Translations under genes and position numbers: made by a program
Part shown: piece after piece, positions 1-10,046 of the stretch
Numbering within the stretch: position 1 is the stretch's first letter
Layout of the letters: each line of letters begins with the position of its first letter
The notes under the pieces: generated by a model
What the model saw: only the letters and a program-made list of their open reading frames with translations
Databases searched by the model: none
Told to the model about the DNA's origin: nothing
NCBI GenBank assembly: GCA_031963045.1
Contig: JASSUK010000042.1
Location: 1,030-65,029 of the forward strand
Reading direction: 5' to 3'
Source: Mycoavidus cysteinexigens
GTDB lineage: Bacteria; Pseudomonadota; Gammaproteobacteria; Burkholderiales; Burkholderiaceae
Length of the DNA: 64,000 nt

Positions 1-327
1 GCTTGCGAACAGCTACTGGCATAAAAGCTATCATTTTTAATTCACCTCGTAAATTTAAGTCAATCGTCAAATATGCCTATATTTCATAGTTGAAAATAAT
101 GATTAAAGAGAGCTCTCAAACATACCCTCTCATCCCTTTTTCAGTATCCATGACGATTGGAATCACAATCCAGGTTGGGAAACGCATTTTTCCATTATAA
201 ATAACTAATTAAAAATAATTGTCAATAACTTGGTAAAAGTCCGCCTAATCTTGATAATACTTTGCGAGATGCCGTTGACAAAATTCTGCTCAGTTATCCA
301 CCCTATTCCCCGATCTGACATATTAAA

Positions 328-414
328 GATACTCTGCATAACCTCTCCTCCACTGTTGCTCAGCCCCAATATACGGTCGCTAGAGTTGGGAAAACTGAGG
401 TTATGCAGAGTATC
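328..414. repeat. 18-bp perfect inverted repeat (GATACTCTGCATAACCTC / GAGGTTATGCAGAGTATC) around a 51-nt loop, about 400 nt upstream of the first NACHT gene
   Basis: Arms at 328-345 and 397-414 are exact reverse complements, read directly from the sequence. Confidence 0.8.
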
Positions 415-806
415 CTTAGCTTCTTCTAATGACTTTTCGTGAAACTACGTCACCAATTCTTCAACAACGTATCGCTACACACCGATTAATTTATGCGTGC
501 CTCAAGAAATGAAATGCGGCTCTCATCGCTGTGAACAGCATAAATTTAGTCCATCCTCCTAAAGCATCACTGAGGAAATTATCTAGCAAACCGAAAAACG
601 TCCGTATAAGATATCTACATACGTTGCTGATTTACGGTGTGAGATTGGAGGTTTATAACAAAGGCGTGCGGACTCAAAACCTGCATTAGCATCGACCTGT
701 CAACGTAGTAGAGGTTGCGATACAGCGTGGGTAATTCTGGCTCACAAGCGGACGTACGAAAGAGATTATGTAAGCGTCAAGCCTGCATACGTTAGAAGAA
801 TGCACT

Positions 807-3800
807 TTGAACAGGACATGGGCTCAAGAAGCAAACCGAAAGGTGCCCATAGAAAGTATGTCGCCTATTTCCCCCGCTCATTCTCCGTCAGCCTCCCCTC
901 GTCCAACGCCGCCGGTGCAAAGGCCAACGACAGGAGAGGCCATTGCTGATTCTAGGCCGCTTAATCAAACCGCGCCAGCACACGGGGGAGGATCGCTAAT
1001 AGAAAGGTTTAGGTTTGCTCGTTCGCTTGGGCCAAGGTCTTCGGTTTCAACGCAGCCGCAAGGATCTGAACAGACATCGGAAGCGCTTAGACATGCTCAG
1101 GAAGCTTTGAAGGATGCCGATACGCAACGGATGGAAGGAAAACTCGAGACTGCAGAGGTCACTTATACGGCGGCGATAAACAATTTTAACCGCTCTTATC
1201 CAAATAATCAGTCGATGCCCGCCGATGTGAAAATTGGATTAGCTAAAGCTTATTGCGGGCACGGTATGACTTTATCCATGAGTGGTAGATTCGATGAGGG
1301 GCGTAAGGACTTTGAAATGGCCGTTGGATTAGGATCAAAAAAAGCTACCAGCATATTAAGCATTATTCCATATGGTAGTGCGAGCACCACTGTCCCTAAT
1401 CATTTCAATTCTCAGCAGGCATCACCACTCTCTTTCACTGAAAATCGTGCTGTAAAGCTAACACACGATATTAAGCATACGCGACATTTAGCTGAGAGCT
1501 GGTTAGCTGCTTCTAAGGTTGAACAGCGATCTTTTCGCGAATTAGCCGTAAAGATCCTTCATGCCGCCAATCTAAAAGGTCCCGATAAATTGGCTCATTC
1601 GCAGGAAATTGCGCCGCTAGCGGCAATTCCTGATCGTACAATTTTTAAAGAATGGATAGATATTATGTTTTCAGCTTTGTCTGGGAAGACTACGCTGAAT
1701 CAGCAAGCATTAAGAGGGCTGGAAGTTATGTTACACAAACTTCCACAATCATTGCTGAATACTGAAGAAGCGGAAAGCTATTTAGTAAAGCTGTTAGAGG
1801 CTTTAAATGAAAACCTAAATATAAGGCCCTGGGTAAACGTTGAAGCACTTCAACTTCTACTCCAAACCATTTCACAACTGTTAGATAAACTAGTCTGGAC
1901 TCGGCTTCAATATGGTGTGAACCGTATAAATTTACGTGATAAATTGAACAATAGCCTGATCAAGTTAAAGAATGAGTTAAAGAATAAATTAAAGGACGAT
2001 TACTCAGTATTGGAATTCCAAATCAATTATGTGCGCCAGGCTCTAGAGTTGATTCCTAATGAGGAAAGCCCCTTGGAAGAATTCTGTGATCGCCTATTTA
2101 ACGGATTCATGCTGATCACCAATGTTTACGCAGCAGTTGCAAGCATCAGCAAAGATGTTACTGGGCTTCAGTATGCTATGAATGCCGCTCTCACGAATAA
2201 AACTATGAGTCAAGCCAGCGTGGCGCTCTCTCAAAGAGCCTCTGTCACCTCTATCGCAGCTGGGATTGGGAGCGGCGCGAAAAGTGGCATGCCAGCTATT
2301 AAAGACTTAGCCGAAGCGATGTTTCAAGTGTGGAGATCAAGAGTCGTGTCACGGCCCTGGCTTATGGCATTGCAATTAGCCGATGCGTGCTTTGTGGGAC
2401 AAGGCCAGTTCTTTGAATTCGAGCGTTTTGTTAGGTGGGGTCCATATGGTAATGACAAAAATTTCTTGCAAGGTCTGTGCCAACGCTTAGAGTACATTGC
2501 CGGGCGTTATTATAGTGAAGCCGAACGTTTAAGAGTACTCCCAGCCTCACAAGTTGCTAACACAGTCAGACAGACAGAGGTAATTGCTCGGCAAGCTGTT
2601 AAGTTTTTAAGCATATTCACTATGGAAGGGCAGCCTGAGCCTGTGCAGAAAGCGGCTTTAAATGCTCTAAAGCGCTTAGATGTAAAGCTGCCTAAACTAC
2701 TACAAGATAATCAGGATTTTTTAAAGCTGGTGCGCCCTGACTCTATGTCTGCCCAGCAAGCTGGTCTCCGACCGATTGATATTCCGCCAGCCTGGCATAC
2801 CGACTGGTATACACCGCCTACTAGCCTACTAGAGAAACAATTAGATGGAGTCTCATGGCCCGATTTGAATAGAAAAATTCAGCAATTTGGAAAGACATAT
2901 TTAGAAACTAGACATTTAAAAACTCTGAAAAAAACCGTTAAAGATAATATCCAAGATATCGATATCTTGGTGAAGAAATATATAGAACCAAAATTTACAA
3001 GAATCGATGATGTAAGTGCGCGCTCACCGTTGGCATTCAGTGATACAGTTACTGAGTTTCTCGGCCATTCAAAGCAAAAATTTCTGTTGCTGTTGGGTGA
3101 CGCCGGCGCTGGCAAGACTATATTTAATCACTATCTTACTCGCGACTTGTGGGAAAAGTATAACGAATCGATCCAATTGGATGATGATTCGTCCTTTATT
3201 CCTTTATTTATTCATTTACCAGACTTAGGCCCAACCTTTGGCTCTCAGCCTAATAATTTTATTGTCGAATATTTCGAAAACCAAGGCTTGAAAGCATCAC
3301 AGATTCAGTTCTTACAAAAAACTCGGAATTTTATTTTTATTCTGGATGGTTATGATGAGTTAGGCTACATCCCTCGAGAATTCTATAAATACAATGAATT
3401 AGATAAATGGGAGCACTCAAAAACCATCATCAGCAGCCGACCAGAATATTTAGACTATAATCACAAAAGACATTTTGGCCTGTCCGGTATTCCTGAAATA
3501 TTTCAGGAATACCGGTTTGCGCCATTTTCTGAAGTAGATGTTAAGAATTATATCAAAGAATATATAGGTGAGGAGATCCTAGAAGAAGGAGTAAATAACA
3601 AGAAATATAAAAATGAAAATGAAATTTTTAACTCACTTTCACTTGAATTAAAAGAGTTGGTGCGCAATCCTTTTTTGCTCAACATTGCCTTACATTTCAT
3701 TCCATTAGATGAATCGAAAACGCTCAATGCTGGCCAGCGCCATTTCACGCGGTTTGAATTGTATAATCGATTCGTTGATAGCTGGTGTGATCGGTCTTAT

Positions 3801-6575
3801 GAACATTTAATAAAAAATAAGAAATCAGAAAAACAATTGGCATTTGATATATTAAGCAAAAAATTTGATAAAAATGTCGTATGTTTCGCTAAAAAATTTG
3901 CAGTAGCTATGCATCGAAAACAGCAGAAAAAAGTAGTTACAACTGAATATAAAATTTCAACTCAGGAACATGATTGGTCCGAAGAGCTACTCAAAAAATT
4001 ACTCGATGATGGGAATGTAAAAAACAGGCTGTTGCTTCAGAGCGCTCCATTAATTGATTTATATGATAAGTATGAGTTTATCCACAAATCATTTCAGGAC
4101 TATTTTGTAGCATATGCGCTATGGGACGGGCTTTCTACAATCGATCAGTCAGCATGGATCAACAAGTTGAGTGTGGTGAAAGATCCAGCTGTGCTCGACT
4201 TTCTGGTTGAGCTGGTACAGCAGGATCGAGGTTTAATAGGGCAGCTGATCGCTTGGATTAAGGCTTCGAAGAATGAAGTCTTTAAAACCGCAGCGGCGAA
4301 TGCGCTAACTATTTTGGTCAGAGCGAGAGTGCTGTTGAGTGGAGAGAATTTCAACCAGATTCATGCGCCTGGGGCAGATTTAAGTTATGGAGTGTTTGAC
4401 CATACCAAATTCGAGAAAGCAGATTTAAGAAGAGCGAAATTGCGAGGCGCATGGTTACGCGAAGCCGATTTCAATGGAGCAAAGCTAGCTGATATTGAAT
4501 TTGGGGAAAAACCGGCTTTAGAGTTCAATGAACATGTTAAAGCCTGTAGCCTTTCGTCTGACGGGCGCTGGCTGGCCGTTGGTACGGGCAGTCTTATTAG
4601 GCTGTATCAGGCTGAGAGTTTGAGGCGGAAGAAAACGTTTGACAGGCATTTTGGTGATGTGGTGAGTGTGTCGCTATCGTCAGATGGAAAGTTGTTAGCG
4701 TCTGGGGATGACAAAGGGATGGTGAAAGTGAGGCAGTTTAAAGATGGAGGATGGTTATCACATAATCTGAGTGAAAGCCATAGCGATAAGAGGACTCATG
4801 TATCGCTATCGTCAGACGGGAATTGGTTAGCGTCATGGAATACTGGGGGCCGGGTGAAGGTATGGCAGTTTGAGAGTGGGAGCTGGTCCTCGCATGATCT
4901 ACCCGAAGAGCATGACAATAAGGTAGTGAGTGTGTCGCTATTGCCATTTGGAGAGTCGTTATTGTTAGCAGCTGGCTGTAGAGATGGTAAGGTAGAAGTG
5001 TGGGGGTTAGAAAATGAAGGCGCAGGCTGGTCGCTACGCGTCTCGCCTGAAGGGCATGACCGTGACTATGCTGTAGAGAGTGTGTCGCTATCGTCAGATA
5101 GGAAATTGTTCTTATTAGCGTCTGTGGATACAAGCCGTGTGGTGAAGTTGTGGCAGTTTGAACGTGTAGCCTGGTCGCCGTATGTTATACCTGAAGGGCA
5201 TGACTCTAATGTAATGAATGCTTCGCTATCGTCAGATGGAAAATGGTTAGCATTAGGGAATGGAAATGGTACGGTGACAGTGTGGGATGTGGGAAGCGCA
5301 AAAATGTCCTTGCGAGAGACGCTTGAATGGCATGGTGGTAGAGTAAATAGTGTGTCTCTATCATTAGATGGGAAGCGGTTAGCATCAGGAGGCTCGGACA
5401 AGACGGTGAAGTTATGGGAATTAGAAAGCGCAGGAGCATCGTTGCGTGATCCGCTTGAACGACATCATGGTGTTGTGAGTAGTGTGTCGCTATCTTCAGA
5501 TGGGAATTGGCTCGCGTCAGGAAGTTGGGGCGGGACGGTTAATGTGTGGAAGTTTGAAAGCGGAAGAGAAAATTGGCCGCTGTCTAAGACGCTCGTAAGG
5601 TATGGTGGTGAGATGGGGGGGACTAGTGTCTCGTTATCGTCAGACGGGACGAGGTTAGCATCAGGGAATATAAACGGTAAGGTGGAAGTATGGCAATTAG
5701 AAAGGGGAAGTACTGATTGGCTGTGGCATAAGGCGTTTGAAGGGGGGACTATTTTTAATAGTGTGTCGTTCTCGTCGGACGGGCAGCGGTTAGCATTGGT
5801 GAGGGGGAGGGGTATAGCGAATGTGTGGCAGTTTGAAGGTGATAGTTGGGTAAGCGTGCCGTTACTACCAGATAGGAATTTGGTAGCGTTAAGAACGGAA
5901 GGAATGGTAACGATACGGCGGTTAAGTGATGATAAGGTGGTGAAAAATGTGTCGCTATCGTCAGATGGGAATTGGCTAGCGTCAAGAACCATGGATGGCA
6001 TGGTAAATATGCAGCGGTTAGGAAGTGAACCTACAATTTCGCCGTTGGGTAGTCCGTTTATATGGGGTAGTGGTAGTACGCTGAGTAATGTATCACTATC
6101 GTCAGACGGGAAGCGGTTAGCATTAGGAAGCGTTAACGGGTCGGTGTGGTATTTCGAAGGTGAAAATTGGTCGAAGCTTAAAATACTTGAGGAGCATAGT
6201 GATCTGGTGACTAGTGTGTCGCTATCGCCAGACGGACAGTGGTTAGTTTCTGGAAGTCGGGATGGAACGGTAAAGCTGTGGTCAGTGGATTCAGAAAAAT
6301 GTGAGGCGACAATTCAAAATTCTATTGGAAAGGTTACTTCAGTTGCTTGGCAAGGACTTTCTGTGGACTCTGCTAAAATAGCGACAGGAGGGACCGATGG
6401 GACGGTTCGTATTTGGCAAGTAGATCACAAAGAAAACGATCGGCGGTTCATTTTATCGTGGACCTCATGTCAAAACAGGCTGACCGTAGCCGGCATGTCT
6501 ATTGAAGGCATAGAGGATTTGAGCCCAACAAATGCCCGTTTGCTGAAGCAAAGGGGCGCACATGACGGGGCCTGA
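807..6575 (+). CDS. NLR-like STAND NTPase, paralog 1: N-terminal S/P-rich and TPR/helical region (about 750 aa), NACHT, pentapeptide repeats, divergent WD40 repeats
   Basis: 1922-aa ORF. Walker A LLLLGDAGAGKT (about nt 3085-3120) and Walker B FIFILDGYDEL (about nt 3331-3363). Pentapeptide tract GADLSYGVFDHTKFEKADLRRAKLRGAWLREADFNGAKLADIEF. About 15 repeats built on VSLSSDG(K/N)(W/L)LASG...V(K/N)(V/L)W. The track start is a TTG without an SD; ATG at 858 (MSPISPAHS) is an alternative start. Confidence 0.85.
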   Translation: MNRTWAQEANRKVPIESMSPISPAHSPSASPRPTPPVQRPTTGEAIADSRPLNQTAPAHGGGSLIERFRFARSLGPRSSVSTQPQGSEQTSEALRHAQEALKDADTQRMEGKLETAEVTYTAAINNFNRSYPNNQSMPADVKIGLAKAYCGHGMTLSMSGRFDEGRKDFEMAVGLGSKKATSILSIIPYGSASTTVPNHFNSQQASPLSFTENRAVKLTHDIKHTRHLAESWLAASKVEQRSFRELAVKILHAANLKGPDKLAHSQEIAPLAAIPDRTIFKEWIDIMFSALSGKTTLNQQALRGLEVMLHKLPQSLLNTEEAESYLVKLLEALNENLNIRPWVNVEALQLLLQTISQLLDKLVWTRLQYGVNRINLRDKLNNSLIKLKNELKNKLKDDYSVLEFQINYVRQALELIPNEESPLEEFCDRLFNGFMLITNVYAAVASISKDVTGLQYAMNAALTNKTMSQASVALSQRASVTSIAAGIGSGAKSGMPAIKDLAEAMFQVWRSRVVSRPWLMALQLADACFVGQGQFFEFERFVRWGPYGNDKNFLQGLCQRLEYIAGRYYSEAERLRVLPASQVANTVRQTEVIARQAVKFLSIFTMEGQPEPVQKAALNALKRLDVKLPKLLQDNQDFLKLVRPDSMSAQQAGLRPIDIPPAWHTDWYTPPTSLLEKQLDGVSWPDLNRKIQQFGKTYLETRHLKTLKKTVKDNIQDIDILVKKYIEPKFTRIDDVSARSPLAFSDTVTEFLGHSKQKFLLLLGDAGAGKTIFNHYLTRDLWEKYNESIQLDDDSSFIPLFIHLPDLGPTFGSQPNNFIVEYFENQGLKASQIQFLQKTRNFIFILDGYDELGYIPREFYKYNELDKWEHSKTIISSRPEYLDYNHKRHFGLSGIPEIFQEYRFAPFSEVDVKNYIKEYIGEEILEEGVNNKKYKNENEIFNSLSLELKELVRNPFLLNIALHFIPLDESKTLNAGQRHFTRFELYNRFVDSWCDRSYEHLIKNKKSEKQLAFDILSKKFDKNVVCFAKKFAVAMHRKQQKKVVTTEYKISTQEHDWSEELLKKLLDDGNVKNRLLLQSAPLIDLYDKYEFIHKSFQDYFVAYALWDGLSTIDQSAWINKLSVVKDPAVLDFLVELVQQDRGLIGQLIAWIKASKNEVFKTAAANALTILVRARVLLSGENFNQIHAPGADLSYGVFDHTKFEKADLRRAKLRGAWLREADFNGAKLADIEFGEKPALEFNEHVKACSLSSDGRWLAVGTGSLIRLYQAESLRRKKTFDRHFGDVVSVSLSSDGKLLASGDDKGMVKVRQFKDGGWLSHNLSESHSDKRTHVSLSSDGNWLASWNTGGRVKVWQFESGSWSSHDLPEEHDNKVVSVSLLPFGESLLLAAGCRDGKVEVWGLENEGAGWSLRVSPEGHDRDYAVESVSLSSDRKLFLLASVDTSRVVKLWQFERVAWSPYVIPEGHDSNVMNASLSSDGKWLALGNGNGTVTVWDVGSAKMSLRETLEWHGGRVNSVSLSLDGKRLASGGSDKTVKLWELESAGASLRDPLERHHGVVSSVSLSSDGNWLASGSWGGTVNVWKFESGRENWPLSKTLVRYGGEMGGTSVSLSSDGTRLASGNINGKVEVWQLERGSTDWLWHKAFEGGTIFNSVSFSSDGQRLALVRGRGIANVWQFEGDSWVSVPLLPDRNLVALRTEGMVTIRRLSDDKVVKNVSLSSDGNWLASRTMDGMVNMQRLGSEPTISPLGSPFIWGSGSTLSNVSLSSDGKRLALGSVNGSVWYFEGENWSKLKILEEHSDLVTSVSLSPDGQWLVSGSRDGTVKLWSVDSEKCEATIQNSIGKVTSVAWQGLSVDSAKIATGGTDGTVRIWQVDHKENDRRFILSWTSCQNRLTVAGMSIEGIEDLSPTNARLLKQRGAHDGA

Positions 6576-7568
6576 GCGAGCGCCAGACGTGCACAAGTTG
6601 CTACCAGTTACTAGCTTGCCGGGCGATTTAATTGCCTGATATGGAATGTCGGCTCTTTGCTGCAATGGATTGTTGAGTCTGCTGCAACTGTCGATAAAAA
6701 TCTTTTAATCCAAGCACCTGCTCTCGTCAAGCCGGGTAACTGTCAGTAATGGGAACGCAAGCGCTATCGAACAAGTAGTCTGTTTTTATCTGAATTGATG
6801 GCCTTGTTGTTTTAGTCCATCAAATTCGCCACCGGCATTTCAAGCTGTTCTATGAGGGCGTATTGCTTAGCGACTCCCAAACCTAATTACACATCTTCGA
6901 GGAATATCGCCTCCACTAGCAAAGCGCCTTAAGCAAAACTCACGTTATATTAGGTATGAGGTTAAGCTTTGGAGAATCAGTTTATCAAAGTTAAAAGAAG
7001 TAAGGGTTAGTGCCCAGTGTGTATTGCCAAACACTTCTAACATACAGTGCCAAGAAATTTTACTGTGGATTTATTTCTGCTCAAGGCATTCAACATGTTT
7101 ATGCGCAGATCCAAGAAACTATAATTTTTTTTATGCTTCAACTATTAACCATTGAAAGGCTTCTTCATATACTATGAAAGAAAGACCTTCTCAAAAAGTC
7201 TTCTGCATATATTATATTGGGGCTGCATTATTCATCCAGGCAGCATGGCGTTGGTTGCGCTGTTCGGTGTCTCGAATACTAAAGTTGAGTAAGTACGTGT
7301 AGTACACTTAAGTAATGCATGTGTTCTTGTAGGTATTTTTGTAGGTACCTTAATTAAAAAAACCTTAAAAGCTTTATAAATACTATATGATCGAATCCTA
7401 CCGCCTCCGCCAGAAATTCAAAATTCCCCCCCAACCTATCCCATTTCAAATCAACCGAGAACCCTTGTAAAATAAAGGCTATCTGGAAATTTACTCCCTC
7501 CAATATATGGCACGGGCAGCCGTGCAAACCGTAGTGAAAGCCATGCATTAGGAATACATCGGGATCTA

Positions 7569-8210
7569 ATGGCCGATCCGTATGTGTTTGAGCAAGTCGC
7601 TGCACGCAATAATATGAGCCCGATGCGCTTCATGAATCAATCTGAAGACTGCAAAATGGCCATGTTTAGAGACTATGTAACTGCAAAAGGCATTGCGCAA
7701 CAGGCCCAACGTCTATCAGAGCAGGGTTTATCAGGTGAGGCGCTGCCTATCACACGGAATCAATTGGATACGATATCCGCTTCGCAGCGTGCATCTATAC
7801 GCGATAATATTTCTGCACTACATCAAGGAAAAGTGGCCAAAACAGGCTTTAGCTCTGTCGAGTCGCTTGAAGTGAACACCAGTACTCCTCAGCTAGTTAA
7901 TGACGCTAACAATGCTATTTCTGGACAACTAGATTCCACGGATAAAAACAGCATACCGTCTCGTGCTAACGCATTAGATGAAAATGTCAGTGCTTGGGCC
8001 AGCCCAGATAAAGCAATAGAAAGAGGGCGCTTTAATATGATGCAGTCTGTAGAGGATACCGAAGGGCATGATATTGCGGACTACAGCAGTAAATTGGTTA
8101 ATGCAGTTATGGGGGGAGACGGAACAGCCGATGGGGGAAAATTGACCGACAATATGAAGCGCAAAGAAGGCGCTCCTTTGCCGATCAATATAGAAATTAA
8201 GAAGAAGTAG
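7569..8210 (+). CDS. hypothetical protein (213 aa)
   Basis: Long ORF with no recognisable motif. Confidence 0.4.
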   Translation: MADPYVFEQVAARNNMSPMRFMNQSEDCKMAMFRDYVTAKGIAQQAQRLSEQGLSGEALPITRNQLDTISASQRASIRDNISALHQGKVAKTGFSSVESLEVNTSTPQLVNDANNAISGQLDSTDKNSIPSRANALDENVSAWASPDKAIERGRFNMMQSVEDTEGHDIADYSSKLVNAVMGGDGTADGGKLTDNMKRKEGAPLPINIEIKKK

Positions 8211-8526
8211 AATGTACTTTAAGCGGGAAATGCACCTTTATCCCGTTCGGATATTTCATAGTCTGGCAAAATAGACCTGTGCTAGGATCGCAATCACTTA
8301 CAAAGAGTGAATAGTATTCATCATCATAGTAATTTTCGTCCTTATAGCTCGTTCTAAATAGATCCTTAAAACCATCACTGAGCCACCATGCAAACCAGTA
8401 CGGAACCGATATAACTAGGCTGCCAACCAGCATAACAAAAAAACCATGCAGAGTTTTGTCGCATAGACAAAACGCAATACATACTGGTGGACCTATCGGA
8501 AGGAATAGTTTTTTCAGGCAACGCAT
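8197..8526 (-). CDS. hypothetical small membrane protein with two closely spaced hydrophobic segments
   Basis: 109-aa ORF beginning 3 nt after the stop of the upstream ORF 8529-8792. Hydrophobic hairpin LFLPIGPPVCIAFCLC-DKTLHG-FFVMLVGSLVISVPYWFAWWL. Confidence 0.45.
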   Translation of the reverse strand: MRCLKKLFLPIGPPVCIAFCLCDKTLHGFFVMLVGSLVISVPYWFAWWLSDGFKDLFRTSYKDENYYDDEYYSLFVSDCDPSTGLFCQTMKYPNGIKVHFPLKVHSTSS

Positions 8527-8528
8527 GA

Positions 8529-8792
8529 TTATTTTCTTTCTTCGATGATTAAATAATAGCCTTTGCCCTCGTTTGTCGAGACAACCACATTATTAACCAC
8601 ACGAAAGCCCTTTTCGTAGATTTCTTTAATACCTTTTACGTGCCCCAAATGATCACAACTGAAAGAAGAACCATAAGCATTAGGTAAAGTAGAAGCTGAA
8701 TAACACAATCCCCCTTTTAACGGGCCAGCGGCATACACATTGTTTACAAGTCCGAGGGAAGCAGCAATAGTGATAGCGAGCAATGTTTTCAT
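8529..8792 (-). CDS. small secreted protein (87 aa) with a Sec-type signal peptide
   Basis: N-terminus MKTLLAITIAASLGLVNNVYA-AG has the n/h/c regions and an AxA-like cleavage site. Confidence 0.55.
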   Translation of the reverse strand: MKTLLAITIAASLGLVNNVYAAGPLKGGLCYSASTLPNAYGSSFSCDHLGHVKGIKEIYEKGFRVVNNVVVSTNEGKGYYLIIEERK

Positions 8793-9551
8793 GGATTCTC
8801 CAAAATATAGAAGGGGGATGAAGAATAAATATAAAATATTAATGATATTCCCATTCCAATTTCAAATAAAAAATCTTAATCTGTCCGTGCAGCAGTTACT
8901 AAAGCATAGTTTTAGGGCAAAAATATTTAAATAAGCTGCCTTTAGCTACAAGACTTCATTATGCCGTTAGCGCAAGCAACGGCTTTATATTTATGAATGC
9001 GTATCAAAAAGCACTTCACGGCTCATCTTTTAAATAACCCTGCTTCGTATTTATCGCACATTTTCTATCTTACCTCTTTTTATTTAGATTGGCCAATGCG
9101 CCGCCATGCCCCATTCTTTTAAGGTGTGGTTGAAGAGAGATTAATCTACACCGGCATCGTGCCAACCTCTTAATCAAACTTAACAATAGTTACCCTCAGA
9201 ATTAGGGGATAACTAGGGGGCAACTCACGGAACAGAAAAAATAGTACGTTAGTGCGTTGAAGACCACAAGGAATATAGACAAAAGTGGGGTTTAAGGTGC
9301 AGTGGAACGATAACCGACGTAAAGGTTTACTCCAAGTCGCTTGCTTTACTTAGAAGCCATATATAGCCTTATCGTACGATTTTTTCCGTTTCGTGAGCAG
9401 ACCCCTGAATGCATTCCGATCCGTCAAGAAGCGCGTGAATTGACTGGAAAGTATGAACGTTCATTAGGTGAATTAGAGGCATTGCGTGGGCAGATTACTA
9501 AACAGGGTGCGCTTATCCATAGTTTTGCTCAGGGTAAAAGAACCGATTGAG

Positions 9552-9650
9552 AAATGGGATATCAGCGTTAAGCCGCCGATTACATGGTTTGGCGGCAAGT
9601 CGAGACTAGCCAAAAAGATCATGGCTATTTGTGCCCCCCCCAAAAAAATG
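9552..9650 (+). pseudogene. possible N-terminal remnant of a Dam-like (D12-class) N6-adenine DNA methyltransferase
   Basis: The translation KWDISVKPPITWFGGKSRLAKKIMAI resembles the conserved N-terminal (W)xGGK(r)xL motif. The frame ends at a C8A7 homopolymer tract and no catalytic region follows. Confidence 0.3.
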
Positions 9651-9734
9651 TAAAATTAGCTCGGGGAGCTACGCCAAAAGTAAAACCTGTGGGAGTCTTT
9701 TCGGACAGATTATGTGCCCAATTTTTTGAATTAG

Positions 9735-9881
9735 GGAGAGTGATCCAAACTGGGGGCTGACGGCCGAACTCTTGGAAGCGAGCGCTTTGAAAGCGTCCAA
9801 CAGCCGTCAGGAAAGTCGGGCCACACTCGATAATCAAAAAAATAAGTTGATTACGTCAGCCCCCAGTTTGGATCACTCTCC
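9735..9881. mobile_element. MITE-like element, 147 bp, with 28-bp perfect terminal inverted repeats
   Basis: GGAGAGTGATCCAAACTGGGGGCTGACG (9735-9762) is the exact reverse complement of 9854-9881. The core is non-coding. Confidence 0.6.
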
Positions 9882-10046
9882 AACACGAGCATAGATAGAA
9901 GCGGTTTCCATTGCTATTGGAAATCTGTTGGATCTTATACTATTATTTTAAAAGAGGGTTGTGTAGAAAAAGATTTACTAATCATTAATTTTTGGTTTCA
10001 TGATTAATCCGAGACAAGATAGTTATAAATTGTTTGGAGAAATAGA

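Noticed and set aside
1-47. Possible 5' end of a minus-strand gene leaving the window (GAGGTG, 8 nt, then ATG: MIAFMPVAVRK...)
   Set aside because: Only 15 codons are visible, which is too little to support a call.
4738-6001. Several 76-178-aa ORFs antisense to the WD40 part of NACHT paralog 1
   Set aside because: They lie entirely within and opposite the 1922-aa ORF, have no RBS and contain low-complexity, repeat-derived peptides. They are open frames created by the repetitive codon pattern.
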